A program made the translations under genes and the position numbers. This document shows, one piece after another, positions 53,449 through 64,000 of a DNA stretch of 64,000 nucleotides; the stretch's first letter is position 1; each line of letters starts with the position of its first letter. The DNA lies in IMG/VR virus record IMGVR_UViG_3300043539_002606, positions 1 to 64,000 of that record; one strand, written 5' to 3'. The stretch is from a virus. A model generated the notes under the pieces. It saw only the letters and a list, made by a program, of their open reading frames with translations, was not told where the DNA came from and made no database searches.

Positions 53449-56400
53449 AGTGTTGCAATAGCTCTAAAGTTTCTAATTGTTGGAACGTCAATATAATCTT
53501 TTCCTCTAAATTCGATCTTAACTGCAAATTGTTTGAAATCAACTGGAGGATTAACATTGAATTTTACTTCGCTATATTTTGCACGATCGCTATTAACTGG
53601 TATAATTTTTGGCGATGCTGGTGTTAATTCAATCCAATCTGTTTCAACTGAAACGGGCAAAGCAATACTATTTGAATCAACATCAACTTTTCCACTTGTT
53701 CCAGATGCTGGCACTAAATCATAGGGAGTTGCGGTATTAATTGCTGTTTTTTCGGCATAGTAATAACGCCAAACACCGTCAACCTGTTGAATATCAATTA
53801 TGATTGCAACTACATCTTGTGTGTTATTAGCAACTAATCTCCAACCAACATCAACACCACTGAATCGAACTCCTGAATTTGGAGATTTTCTTGTGAAATA
53901 TTTGTTATCAATAGCATTGCTATTCTCATCAAAGAATTGACCATAGACTTTAACATTTGATGTTGTTGTTGGCAAATTAATATCAATAATAACATCAAGC
54001 TGATCAGCTGGGTCTGCAAGATATACTGGTTTTGAAAAATATCGGCTAGTAGCACCAGACTCTCTTATCGCATATTCTCTTGTTTCAAGACTAAGTGATT
54101 CGAGATCAATAACAGGACTAATACGATTATCTGTTGTTGTTAAACGTGTAGACAATCTAACATCAGCTGTTGTATCAGTACCAATTGCAAAATTGCTATT
54201 AACGAGATCTTCAATAGGCTCTCCAGATTCAACACTATATGTTCTAGCATTAGCACCAGTATCAAGTTCAAGAATATTGGAAATTTGTGTTTTTCCACTA
54301 AGTTCAATAAACTTCTGATTGAGATTAAATGCACCAATTCGATATTGAGGACGTTTGCCTGCAAATGTTGCGCTTCTTACAATAGTTCCAGTTGTTTGAT
54401 TAGTTTGAGTGACAGTAATTACTGGATCACTTGTATAACCAGTTCCGGGCTCAGTAATATTAAATCCAACAATAGCAGTATTAATGCTATTAAAGACTGG
54501 ACTAACAACTGCATTTCTACCACCAGCTGGAGCTGCAGTAACACTAACAGTTACTACAGCAGATGTTTCCCAACCAATGTTTTCAAAAGGTGCACCGATG
54601 ACATCATTAAACGAGGATATATCAACTCTATGTAAACCACTGCCAATAACAGGATTAACTGCCAGTGTTCCACTTGTCGCGTTAAAGTTAGCACGATTAA
54701 TCTTGAATTTAAGATCTCTGTTTTGTGATGCTGACCATGTTGTTTTATTTGCGCTAGTGAAAAATACACCAACTGCAGGCTGTTCAGAAATAATATCTCC
54801 AGCATTTGTAATATCAGGTGCACCTAAATCTGCGATATATGCTTTATAACCATATGAACCGCTAAATGCAACAACTGCATATTCAACATTTGGCTCAAGA
54901 TAGATTGGATTATCAAACTCAAATCGAGTCATAGCACTTGAATCATCGCTAACAACAATTTCACTATTTTTCAAACTCGTCTCACTGCCTGGCACAATGA
55001 AATCAGTTGGATAGCCATTAGCCACTGTCACAAGATATACCTGTACTTGAGCACTGCCAACTGGTGGTTTTTGTGCAAACGCAAGTTCTATGCTGCTTGC
55101 GAATATACCGCTATCATCTTGAATTCTGAATGTTTGGGCAATCGGATCGTTTTTGCGTACACAAATTCTATTGCGTTTAACCTCTTGACGTTTTACACGT
55201 GGAACTTGTGTTGAAATTACAGTTTCAGCACTATCAATATCAAGACCATTTGATATAAAGCGCGCTTCAGCAAAACTATCCTCTTCATCGTTAATATTGC
55301 GAGGACTGTTTGTTAAACGAAGTAATTTTTCTCCAGTTGAGAATTTAAAGTTCGCATCATTTGGTATGATAAACATAGCAACAATATTGCCATCATCATC
55401 ACTCTTCAATTCGAGCTGTGGAGTTGTGGAATATTTAGCTAAGAGTTCTGCTTGTGATTTACCTTCATCTGCTGTCAGATTATAGGTCGCAGGATCAAAT
55501 GCATCAGGCAATAGTTTTACAAATTGTGTAACATCTTTACCATCAAAAAATGCATAGAACTGAGTATTTGGTTTTACACCTGCAACATCAACGAGAACAG
55601 GTCGTGTTCTCATATATGTTGAGATCTTTACATCTTTGACATAATCACCTAAACTCTGTTCAACATCTTCAAATGCAAGATCAGTTTGTATGCCGCTTGC
55701 TACTTGGTTTTGAATAGTAATTCTCTTTTTCTTTTTGCCGAAAAGGCCGCCGAAAAGTCCACCAAATTTATTAGAAAATTTACCAATATCAACACCTGTT
55801 GCTCCATTAGCTTCTAAGAACTTAAGAGCAGCTTTTTTGTTTTTAACTTTCTTAGAAACCTTTGATGTTGTTACCCATGAATTCCATTGTGTGCCAGTAA
55901 AACCAGCTTCATTTGCAAAATCTCGCAATACACTATCAAATCCGTCATAGAGTTCAACAGTTGTTTGAGCTTGTTCTGATTTTTCAGACCAGGTATCAAC
56001 TTCTGGAGTCAGATTCATAATACCAACATCAGCGCTCTGCTCATGTGGTTGTAGATCAATAAATTGACTTGCTGATAACTGTGTCAAATAATCAACATCT
56101 GTTTCAGTATATGATAAAAATGCTTTATTATTTTTAATAGTAATTCCATTGCTTATCGCATTTGGATTAAATGGTATGCTATATCCAGTATGATATGGAT
56201 AGAGTATGCCTCGTGCACTATCGATCGAACATAGAAACTCTGGCTGAGAACTATCGCTAACATCTAGATTTCTAAAGCCATCAGTGATAAATCCATTTTT
56301 GAATTTTTCACCATCTGTTCCAAAAATACTACGATCATTTGCATCTCTTTCTAATAGAGATAGACTTGTGTAATATTCAATAGCACCAATGCGTTTTTCA

Positions 56401-58943
56401 ATATTTCCAATATCGCTCATAGTATAGCGACGATTTTCAATAAATCGTACGTCAACATCAGTTGCATTTGCAGTAAATTGTGGCACATAGAGTGCATATA
56501 TTGCCATGCCATCATCTGGAATATTTGGCAATTTTGGCTCAAGGTCAGATTGACCGTTGATAACAACCAAACTATTGTCGCTATTTACACAGATCAAGTC
56601 AAGTCTTGGCAAGTAGAAATCGATATCGGCTGTGATAGCGCTATATGGATCAAGACTCAAACGAAGTGATCCAGGAAATGTTCTGCAATCAACAGCGTCA
56701 CTTAAAGCAATATCACCATATGTTGGAATTTCATCAAGTGGCGCTTGTGTTAAAGTTGTGATATTTCCGACCTTATAGCTATTAACTGTATAATAATTGG
56801 TACCAGTTGTTATAAAGTCCCAGTGAGTTACTTCTATGTCATCTGATGTTGATGCATTGCCGATTCTTCTAACTTTAGCATTAACATAGCTATTATCGCG
56901 TTGACCATCATCGACTAAAATCCAGTTATTAGTATCAGTAACGCTAATAGCATGATATACATTATTAAGACTATAAATGTCTCCTTCGACTGCAGTTAAA
57001 CCCACTAGTTCAGTTGTTTTTAACTTTGTACCAAGACTTGATTCAATATCTCCAGTTTCAGTTACAATAACAGAAATTACAGTACCAATTGTTTGATTCG
57101 CATCAAAGATAATACTAATTGCTCCGTTACTAGCTGGAATAATATAATATCCTGATGTTATGATTTGTTCATTTTTTGCAACAATGACATTATTGCGACT
57201 TGCATCCAATGATCTTAGACTAGATGTAGGTTCAAACGTGACAACGTTATTAGCCGATGTTAGTGTTTGTGTTAAAGATAGACGACGACTGACAACTAAA
57301 TTCTTTACATCAGTAATAGCTTGATTGGAAAATTCAAAGATTGAATCATTATTGTTAATGTCATTTAGTGCTATGCCATTTAGTTTTTCAACAACAAAAT
57401 TAAATATTCCAAAATTATTAATATCAGCTCCTAATATTTCAACAACATCGCTAAAGCGCTTACCACTATTAAGAACAATACTATGAAGATATACTCGTGC
57501 GCGAATTTGACCAGTTGCTTCTTCTCCTTCTGGCTCGATGCCTAATATTTTTGTAGTACCAATAACTTGATCATAAAGATCTAAAAGATTATAGCTAATA
57601 CTATCATTTTCAAAACTAGGCAAACCGCTGCCGCTTAGACCTGCAGTATAACCAACAACATAGTTTCCATATATTGCAGTTGTTGCTGCATTATATGTTG
57701 TTCTTTGACCCTTTCTTTCAAATGTCAAATCAGTATATGTTTTTGTTGCTTTAGGAATAACTAAATTAGTAGGAGCAAGGGTCTCAACTCTTTTTCCTTT
57801 AACATAAGCAACTCCAGGAGAAAGCTTTGCTGCAAAATATTTAGATGCATCTGTTGAAGATATGCCTGTAAAATCAAGTACATCATTAGAAGAGGTATAG
57901 AGTGCGTTATAATCTGAACCAAATAATTCTTTTAGTTCAAGTTCGAAATTCTTTACAGTATAATTCCCAGATTCCTCGTAAGTTCTACGTGCAAGAGTAT
58001 CTTCAAGAGTAGCGCCACTTTGATCAATGCCGTTATATTGAATATAAATTTCGTTTGATCTAATATCAGCTAGCTTAACTGCATTTGCCGCGATGCTTAA
58101 TTCCGCTGCTGTTAAAAGTTTTAAGGTTAAAACAATTTGATAACGATCTGCACCAGATTCTAAAAAGTTACTTGTATCAAATGCATTGTCGTTTAGAGTA
58201 GAATCATCATATGATTCACCTCCATTTGAGGAAACATATCGTTCTTCAACTAAGAAATAAGCAAATCCATTGAAATTATCACTATCTGTATCGAGAGGTC
58301 TTGCTGCATATTGTCTTTGCGCAGCAACCATGCTGCCTCTTACAAAATAAATGCCAGCATCTGCTGTTAAGCCAATTGCTTTTTTATAATCAATTGGAGT
58401 TAGTGTATATGAGTCAGTAATAACATCACCATATAATAGTGTTAAAGCTTCGCTTGTTGAAATAACATTTTCAATTGGAGTGCCTTCCGTATTTTTATAA
58501 TAGATGCGATGAGTTGCACCTGGAGAACCTGGCGCAGTTGAATTTGTAACGGACTCAATAGCAGTAACAGTAGCTTTGCTAATAGCAGCAGTAGAATCAG
58601 ATGTTTGTCTTGTAATTTTAAGAAGTGTCAAATCCTCTTGAAATTGTGTAAGTAAAGATTCTGTAATTTGAGTATTATCTGTAATAGAAAATTCAATACA
58701 ACCAATAGTAGAATCGAGTGTAACTTGTCCACCAACAACCTGGCTATTAGGTTTAAATAGTCCAGATCCAAGACGATCGATTTGCGCTTGCAATATGCTC
58801 TGTGCTTGGTTAAGTTCGCGTGTTTGAACATTAACACCTGGCTTAAAAAGAACTCGTAGATAATTCTTATCAAGATGTGAGCCATCAGCATATTGAACGT
58901 TTAAATCGTCAAAATATGTGTCAGTTTTGGTAGTGATTGCCAT
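53445..58943 (-). CDS. DUF4815 / VrlC-like large virion structural protein
   Basis: YFDD...RVLFKPG..VQTRELNQ.QSILQ.QI, GADR, LARRTYEESGNY, RRYTMSDIG.IEKRI..IEYYTSLSLLE, DPIAQTF and DLKFKINRA motifs. Confidence 0.9.
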   Translation of the reverse strand: MAITTKTDTYFDDLNVQYADGSHLDKNYLRVLFKPGVNVQTRELNQAQSILQAQIDRLGSGLFKPNSQVVGGQVTLDSTIGCIEFSITDNTQITESLLTQFQEDLTLLKITRQTSDSTAAISKATVTAIESVTNSTAPGSPGATHRIYYKNTEGTPIENVISTSEALTLLYGDVITDSYTLTPIDYKKAIGLTADAGIYFVRGSMVAAQRQYAARPLDTDSDNFNGFAYFLVEERYVSSNGGESYDDSTLNDNAFDTSNFLESGADRYQIVLTLKLLTAAELSIAANAVKLADIRSNEIYIQYNGIDQSGATLEDTLARRTYEESGNYTVKNFELELKELFGSDYNALYTSSNDVLDFTGISSTDASKYFAAKLSPGVAYVKGKRVETLAPTNLVIPKATKTYTDLTFERKGQRTTYNAATTAIYGNYVVGYTAGLSGSGLPSFENDSISYNLLDLYDQVIGTTKILGIEPEGEEATGQIRARVYLHSIVLNSGKRFSDVVEILGADINNFGIFNFVVEKLNGIALNDINNNDSIFEFSNQAITDVKNLVVSRRLSLTQTLTSANNVVTFEPTSSLRSLDASRNNVIVAKNEQIITSGYYIIPASNGAISIIFDANQTIGTVISVIVTETGDIESSLGTKLKTTELVGLTAVEGDIYSLNNVYHAISVTDTNNWILVDDGQRDNSYVNAKVRRIGNASTSDDIEVTHWDFITTGTNYYTVNSYKVGNITTLTQAPLDEIPTYGDIALSDAVDCRTFPGSLRLSLDPYSAITADIDFYLPRLDLICVNSDNSLVVINGQSDLEPKLPNIPDDGMAIYALYVPQFTANATDVDVRFIENRRYTMSDIGNIEKRIGAIEYYTSLSLLERDANDRSIFGTDGEKFKNGFITDGFRNLDVSDSSQPEFLCSIDSARGILYPYHTGYSIPFNPNAISNGITIKNNKAFLSYTETDVDYLTQLSASQFIDLQPHEQSADVGIMNLTPEVDTWSEKSEQAQTTVELYDGFDSVLRDFANEAGFTGTQWNSWVTTSKVSKKVKNKKAALKFLEANGATGVDIGKFSNKFGGLFGGLFGKKKKRITIQNQVASGIQTDLAFEDVEQSLGDYVKDVKISTYMRTRPVLVDVAGVKPNTQFYAFFDGKDVTQFVKLLPDAFDPATYNLTADEGKSQAELLAKYSTTPQLELKSDDDGNIVAMFIIPNDANFKFSTGEKLLRLTNSPRNINDEEDSFAEARFISNGLDIDSAETVISTQVPRVKRQEVKRNRICVRKNDPIAQTFRIQDDSGIFASSIELAFAQKPPVGSAQVQVYLVTVANGYPTDFIVPGSETSLKNSEIVVSDDSSAMTRFEFDNPIYLEPNVEYAVVAFSGSYGYKAYIADLGAPDITNAGDIISEQPAVGVFFTSANKTTWSASQNRDLKFKINRANFNATSGTLAVNPVIGSGLHRVDISSFNDVIGAPFENIGWETSAVVTVSVTAAPAGGRNAVVSPVFNSINTAIVGFNITEPGTGYTSDPVITVTQTNQTTGTIVRSATFAGKRPQYRIGAFNLNQKFIELSGKTQISNILELDTGANARTYSVESGEPIEDLVNSNFAIGTDTTADVRLSTRLTTTDNRISPVIDLESLSLETREYAIRESGATSRYFSKPVYLADPADQLDVIIDINLPTTTSNVKVYGQFFDENSNAIDNKYFTRKSPNSGVRFSGVDVGWRLVANNTQDVVAIIIDIQQVDGVWRYYYAEKTAINTATPYDLVPASGTSGKVDVDSNSIALPVSVETDWIELTPASPKIIPVNSDRAKYSEVKFNVNPPVDFKQFAVKIEFRGKDYIDVPTIRNFRAIATL

Positions 58944-60415
58944 TATAGTTGAATTATGATTTTGATTTCTTCGTTTTGACCTTGTTCGCGAGTAACCGCA
59001 CCTCTATTATCTATAAAGAGAATTTCACCAGTAGCTGTATTAAATAGATTGCTACTATCGTTTAGATCATATTGGTTTGAGGCGAGAGTTATATTAGAAG
59101 TTATATTAATATATGATGGAGCAACAAGAGTTAATGATGCAGTATCGTCAATATTAAATAAACCAGCTTGAATACTATTACGATAATAATAATGCCATAC
59201 ACCATCTTTAAATTCAACAGCACTAATTGTCGCAATATCGTATGTGCCTTGTTGAATTTTCCAATCAGCATCAACATCAAAACCATCAACAGTTAATCTA
59301 ACATTGGCTGGTTTTCCATTTCCAGTTGTAGAAAATGATTTATGAATACGATCATATGTTGCATCGATCATGCTGCTATTATTATTTCTCTTTGGATTTT
59401 TAATAATTGAGATTTGTCGATACGTAGTTCCACTTGGTACGAATTGTGCATTAATAGTATCAGCTCCAACACCAACATACCAACTTGGCAATGTTGTTTG
59501 AATATTATTCTCATAGCCATTACTTGGTGCAACAATTGGAACAATACGCGTTGATGTATAACCTGCTGTTGTTATTCTTGCAGTAACATTTGAAAAGAGT
59601 TTATATGTTGTACCACTGGTAATATCAGCATTTAGAGTTACTTTGACAATTTTTCCATTTACTATTTTAAGTAAAGCTGGAACGTCGGATAATGTTGTTT
59701 TAACACCATTTTTTAAACCTTTGATTTCTATTGTAACAGCAACAGAATCGGCATTTGTTAAACTAACACCTCCATTAATAACATGAAAGCCATGAATAAG
59801 TCCTTCAGATACTGCTGAAGAAATAGTTTGTTCAAAATCATATGCAACAAATGCTCCGTTATTTACTGCAGTAGCTGTTGGCGAATAACGACCCATATAA
59901 AGCCAAGTATAACCATCTTGCGAATAAGAATAAAGACCCGGAACTGCAGCAGTAGGTGAACCAATACGCCCGTAGCTATAACTTGCTACCGTTGCAGCAT
60001 GAGTTTTAGCTACGCATAAAAACACGTGATCGCCTGTTCCACCACCAACTGTGTCTAGTCGTGATATCACAAAGCATGGAAATTCACTAGAGCTAGCATA
60101 AAAACATGTAGGATCATATGGGTTATAAACTTTATAACTACGATCTGCTTGAATTATGTGTTTTGGCAACATTGTAGAAATGCTACTGCCCAATACTTTA
60201 AATAAGGCAGAAATATTATTTCTTACTTCAGTTGCGTCTCCTGGTGTGCCAGCTGGAAATGGACTAGATGGAACCGTTTGATCAGGGTTTAATTCTGACC
60301 AAGCATCTTGTTTACCAATGCTAATATAATAATTGTTATTAGCATTATTCTTAATATCATCAAATAGTCTTTTTCTAGAATTGATTCTAAATTGTTCTGT
60401 TATAATCGCTGCCAT
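58943..60415 (-). CDS. gp8: Baseplate wedge subunit
   Basis: MAAIITEQFR, DGYTWLYM, YRQISIIKNP and GEILFIDNR...R...Q.EEIKIIIQL motifs; TATAAATA at 60425-60432. Confidence 0.88.
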   Translation of the reverse strand: MAAIITEQFRINSRKRLFDDIKNNANNNYYISIGKQDAWSELNPDQTVPSSPFPAGTPGDATEVRNNISALFKVLGSSISTMLPKHIIQADRSYKVYNPYDPTCFYASSSEFPCFVISRLDTVGGGTGDHVFLCVAKTHAATVASYSYGRIGSPTAAVPGLYSYSQDGYTWLYMGRYSPTATAVNNGAFVAYDFEQTISSAVSEGLIHGFHVINGGVSLTNADSVAVTIEIKGLKNGVKTTLSDVPALLKIVNGKIVKVTLNADITSGTTYKLFSNVTARITTAGYTSTRIVPIVAPSNGYENNIQTTLPSWYVGVGADTINAQFVPSGTTYRQISIIKNPKRNNNSSMIDATYDRIHKSFSTTGNGKPANVRLTVDGFDVDADWKIQQGTYDIATISAVEFKDGVWHYYYRNSIQAGLFNIDDTASLTLVAPSYINITSNITLASNQYDLNDSSNLFNTATGEILFIDNRGAVTREQGQNEEIKIIIQL

Positions 60416-60442
60416 GGTTATTTGTATTTATATTGATTTGTT

Positions 60443-61750
60443 TTAAAAAATAATTGCTCCTTCATCGCTAATAGCAGAAGCTTCATTATCGTTGTTATAG
60501 TTTTGTGATGTTCCGAGCTGATCATAACCTGAATTATAATTGCCATCAAATACAAAATATGAATTTAGACTATTGAATTGTGGGCCAGAACCTGTTATTG
60601 GTGGATTTGCAATTGCATCTGATAATGTCAAATCTCCATATTCAGCAAGACTTGCGCTATCAATTGTTTTATCATAACCGTTCCAACCTTCTCTAAAGAT
60701 TGACAGCGGTGTATTTTGATTTGTATTAGTTATGCCATATGTTGTATAAAATGCTCTAAGAGCTTCATCAAAAACATATGAGCCATTATTACTTCTAATT
60801 GGTCTTAGATTTCTAATAAAATGATAACCACCATCAGGCAGCAATGATAGGATTGTAATAAAGTCGTAGATATATGCTGCACTTTGATTTGTCGGCGTAT
60901 GCTTGCCTCTAGCAGATTCCCAGTTAATACTACGCCAACAGTTATCATCAACTATAGGATCTATTTTATCAAGATTTAAATCCAATTCAATGAAATAATA
61001 ATAATCTTCGCCGTTTTCGAAATAATAATAGTCATTATCTGGACCAGCATAAGCATTATCTCTAGATATATTTGGAGTTTCTGACCAATCAATATTCAAA
61101 CAACCAATATTTGTCCAATCATTATTATTCGCAAGCTCAAGTACAATTGTTGCAAAAAACTTTAAACCAGCTGGGTGAATGTATTTTGCATATTCTAGAC
61201 CCCATTCACTTTTATCCAATTGGGTATAAATGACATATGAATAGTTTTGCCAGCGTTGATTATCATTTAAACGATAAACGTCAGATGTCTTTGATCGGTT
61301 AATATCACTTGTTGTAAACAAAAAGTTTTTAGGATAAAACAGACTAACGATTTCATTGAAAAACAATCGAAAGAAACTAAAGATACTCTCTTCACTGCCA
61401 CGATTTGTATAATAGTTTGCAATAATCTTGTAAAGACGCACTCGGTCAATAGATTGACTTGGCGGTATATAAGAGCCAATAAGTCTTTCAATAGCATCAA
61501 GATAACGATCATCTGTCGTCATATCAATGTCATGATTTCGAGTAATATTGCTTATCTCAAAACTTGCTCCGCTTGAATTATTGTCAACTCCAGTATATTT
61601 CTTATTAAGAAATCGATAATAAGCTTCAAGCAATTTCACTAATTCACCTGCTTCATTTTCAAAATGATGCGGCAAACTGCTTAAAGCCTTTGCTGGCTCA
61701 ACAATTTCAGAATATTCGATACGCGCGTTGGCTGTTACTAATTCACTCAT
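60443..61750 (-). CDS. gp7: Baseplate wedge initiator-like protein
   Basis: LLEAYYRFL, YTNRGSEESI..FFRLFFNE and WQNYSYVI...IHPAGLKFF motifs; lies between gp6 and gp8. Confidence 0.7.
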   Translation of the reverse strand: MSELVTANARIEYSEIVEPAKALSSLPHHFENEAGELVKLLEAYYRFLNKKYTGVDNNSSGASFEISNITRNHDIDMTTDDRYLDAIERLIGSYIPPSQSIDRVRLYKIIANYYTNRGSEESIFSFFRLFFNEIVSLFYPKNFLFTTSDINRSKTSDVYRLNDNQRWQNYSYVIYTQLDKSEWGLEYAKYIHPAGLKFFATIVLELANNNDWTNIGCLNIDWSETPNISRDNAYAGPDNDYYYFENGEDYYYFIELDLNLDKIDPIVDDNCWRSINWESARGKHTPTNQSAAYIYDFITILSLLPDGGYHFIRNLRPIRSNNGSYVFDEALRAFYTTYGITNTNQNTPLSIFREGWNGYDKTIDSASLAEYGDLTLSDAIANPPITGSGPQFNSLNSYFVFDGNYNSGYDQLGTSQNYNNDNEASAISDEGAIIF

Positions 61751-63669
61751 CTATCTTTAGGAAATGTTTTATAATCAACACTACGACTATTACCACCTCT
61801 AGCAATTTCATCAACAAATACATTGGTTGTTGAAAGAGATTCATTGATCTGCAATAGTGTATTTCTTTTTGCTATGACGTCATTTGAAAAGCTATTAACA
61901 ATAAAGTTAAATGTTACATTGCTATCACTATAAAGAGTGTTAAGAGTCATTATGCCAGTTTCAATGTTAAAAGTTCCAACATCTGCATATTTTACTTGCT
62001 TATTATCTCTGATATAATAGCTATAGATTTTTATAATCTTTTTGTCAGATGTTTGCTCTTCATTAAAATAAAGTTCAAGATCACCTAAAACCCATGGCAC
62101 ATCGCTAACAATGTTAACAAAAACTTTGCCATCATCGGTCGCACAGCGTGCACCAAAATTCAAAGAAACGTTATTAACTCCAGTATCATTTAACGTAAAT
62201 GATTGACTAAGATAGACACGAACAAGGCTGTTTAATATGGAATTAGAACTATCTTCAATTGCTCTCACAAATTGGCTATGTCTAAAAACACTATTAAATT
62301 CATTGATGCGATTAACATTATAGCTTGTTATGACATCATCAATTCGCGATGCAATAGCTGATTGAGATAGTGACGTGATATTTGGATTATATTTTACCAA
62401 AATATCCAATACAATATTGCATGTATTAGGATCAATTATTTCTGGAAAAATACTCAATACCTTTTTAGATTGCAAATAGTCAAGTATATCTGCTTTATCA
62501 GAATCGCTAAGAGTTGTGATTACTGACGCATTCTCGACTGTTTGAATCTTATTAGCGCTAATAAAAACTTTACCATAGACTGGAGGCACATTATCTTCTC
62601 CACCCCAAACGCTTAGGCTATTGATATAACCAAATTGGGCTTTAATTAGATTGGTATAGTCATCGCTTGTAACTGCACGATTTTGGGTAGCAAAACTTGA
62701 TATTGCATTATTTTTTAGTGCAGATATACTTTCTTTTTCTTGACCACCGCTTGAACGGCCTAAAACACTTAGCGAACCTATCGTTATATTGCCAATTGTA
62801 TTTGGATTTGAAACAATCAGATTCTGATTAATAAGCGTTCTACAATTATTTGCAACTACACCATTTGTAACAATATATTCAAGTCGAATGATATCGCCTG
62901 ATTCTAGTTTTTTTCCAAAGACTCCATCACCAAAACTAATTTCATATTTTCCAAAAATGTTTTCAGTAATGAAATATACAGCAGTTTTATCAGTTACATT
63001 TGAACTGCTATTAAACTGCTGAAATAATAAATTACTCGTGAAACCAGCGGAACCTGATGATTCTACTCGCACCTTTAGTGAAGAAATATCAATGTTCTCG
63101 TCAGTTATTTCATAGGTTGCGCTTGAATCATATGCAAGAGCTGAATATGATCGTGTTACTAAACTTCCTTCATGAGCAATAACATTGGTTGCGACATAGT
63201 TATCTCCAGTTAGTGTTAATACTACATCTTCAAGTAGAGTAAAATTATAATCGCCTGAATCATTTTGAGCACGCACAGTTGAAGTTGTATTATTAACTAC
63301 ACCTCCGCTAATTGTTATTTGTTGATCTGGATCAGTAGCATTAGGATTTTTAGGTATGCTAATATTGAATGTTATTTCTGATGAACTACGACTACGCGGT
63401 ATATAACCTAATAGTTTGGCTGCTGATACAACACTGCTTCTTAATTGTGCGCTATCAATGAAACTTTCATTAACTGCCATATGAGCAAGCATCGCATTAT
63501 AGTGTGTATTATATGCAAGCACATCGATTATTGTATTAAGATTGCTGCCTTCAAAATCCCAATCCGAAAATCGACCATTTTCATCATTTTTGAAATAGTT
63601 AATAAGATTGGTTTTGATTTGATCAAAATCAAGAGTTGTAACATCGATCTGTTTGCCTAGATTTGCCAT
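61747..63669 (-). CDS. gp6: Baseplate wedge subunit
   Basis: LDFDQIKTNL, DFEGSNL, LAYNTHY, FGDGVFG, QNRAVT..DY and WGGEDN.PP.YGKVFIS motifs. Confidence 0.96.
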   Translation of the reverse strand: MANLGKQIDVTTLDFDQIKTNLINYFKNDENGRFSDWDFEGSNLNTIIDVLAYNTHYNAMLAHMAVNESFIDSAQLRSSVVSAAKLLGYIPRSRSSSEITFNISIPKNPNATDPDQQITISGGVVNNTTSTVRAQNDSGDYNFTLLEDVVLTLTGDNYVATNVIAHEGSLVTRSYSALAYDSSATYEITDENIDISSLKVRVESSGSAGFTSNLLFQQFNSSSNVTDKTAVYFITENIFGKYEISFGDGVFGKKLESGDIIRLEYIVTNGVVANNCRTLINQNLIVSNPNTIGNITIGSLSVLGRSSGGQEKESISALKNNAISSFATQNRAVTSDDYTNLIKAQFGYINSLSVWGGEDNVPPVYGKVFISANKIQTVENASVITTLSDSDKADILDYLQSKKVLSIFPEIIDPNTCNIVLDILVKYNPNITSLSQSAIASRIDDVITSYNVNRINEFNSVFRHSQFVRAIEDSSNSILNSLVRVYLSQSFTLNDTGVNNVSLNFGARCATDDGKVFVNIVSDVPWVLGDLELYFNEEQTSDKKIIKIYSYYIRDNKQVKYADVGTFNIETGIMTLNTLYSDSNVTFNFIVNSFSNDVIAKRNTLLQINESLSTTNVFVDEIARGGNSRSVDYKTFPKDR

Positions 63670-64000
63670 TATCGTATTTTGTTAAGTATAAATTTAATTT
63701 CTCCAGTTTGGGAATATTTAGTTTGAAAAAAGATGCTAATGTTATAACTATTGCCATCATAATCTGCAACGGTCTTTACATTAAAGTCTGAAACTCGAGG
63801 CTCAAAGTTTCTAATGCCATTTTCAATTTCAAGCGTAATTTGACGTTGTGTTATAATGTCAATATTTTCAAATAGCAGACTCGTCACACGTGTGCCAAAC
63901 TCTGGATTAAATGGTCGCGTACCGACTTCGGTCAAAACAATGTTTTTAACACTATTTTTAATAGCATCAATATCACTTGCTACCATAACATCACCTGTTG
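63669..64000 (-). CDS. gp25: Baseplate wedge subunit, 5' end beyond the window
   Basis: TGDV...DAIKNSVKNIVLT..G.RPFNPEFG and FEPRV motifs; the frame stays open to the window edge. Confidence 0.9.
   Translation of the reverse strand, partial: TGDVMVASDIDAIKNSVKNIVLTEVGTRPFNPEFGTRVTSLLFENIDIITQRQITLEIENGIRNFEPRVSDFNVKTVADYDGNSYNISIFFQTKYSQTGEIKFILNKIR

Noticed and set aside
884-63660. Many plus-strand and nested ORFs in the six-frame track
   Set aside because: They are shadows of well-supported minus-strand genes, with no motifs or expression signals; only 39093-39260 sits in free space

Overview
This window is 64 kb from the conserved core of an AT-rich T4-like myovirus, with essentially all genes on the minus strand. 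Read in the coding direction (right to left) it contains: baseplate genes (gp25 partial, gp6, gp7-like, gp8, a DUF4815/VrlC-like protein); a variable fibre/adhesin region; a holin-like gene pair; neck, terminase, tail and head genes (gp13-gp23, gp3); uvsY-uvsW; a two-gene sugar-metabolism insert (UDP-galactopyranose mutase plus an unknown gene); gp55-47-46; an early VWA-peptidase/MoxR(CobS) block; gp45-dsbA-44-62-regA-43; a nucleotide-modification block (MazG-like, AEP primase-like, T4-type dCMP hydroxymethylase gp42, DUF1599/Nmad1); uvsX-40-41; and a late-expressed P-loop ATPase. The gene order is the cyanomyophage (Kyanoviridae)-type order, but the phage carries a coliphage-T4-like gp42. Main leads: (1) a predicted hydroxymethylcytosine pathway that may be capped with a furanose sugar made by the phage mutase; (2) an identical 48-bp antisense promoter plus double-hairpin cassette at two loci 13.4 kb apart, with an ssDNA-type GNA/GA-zipper hairpin (candidate R-loop origins or a small RNA/peptide); (3) a holin translationally coupled to a stand-alone chemoreceptor-like four-helix sensory protein; (4) a putative capsid-packaged ATPase; (5) pervasive leaderless, SD-independent gene starts. 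No tRNA, rRNA, CRISPR array, intron or homing endonuclease was seen. All assignments come from motif recognition and synteny, not from database searches.
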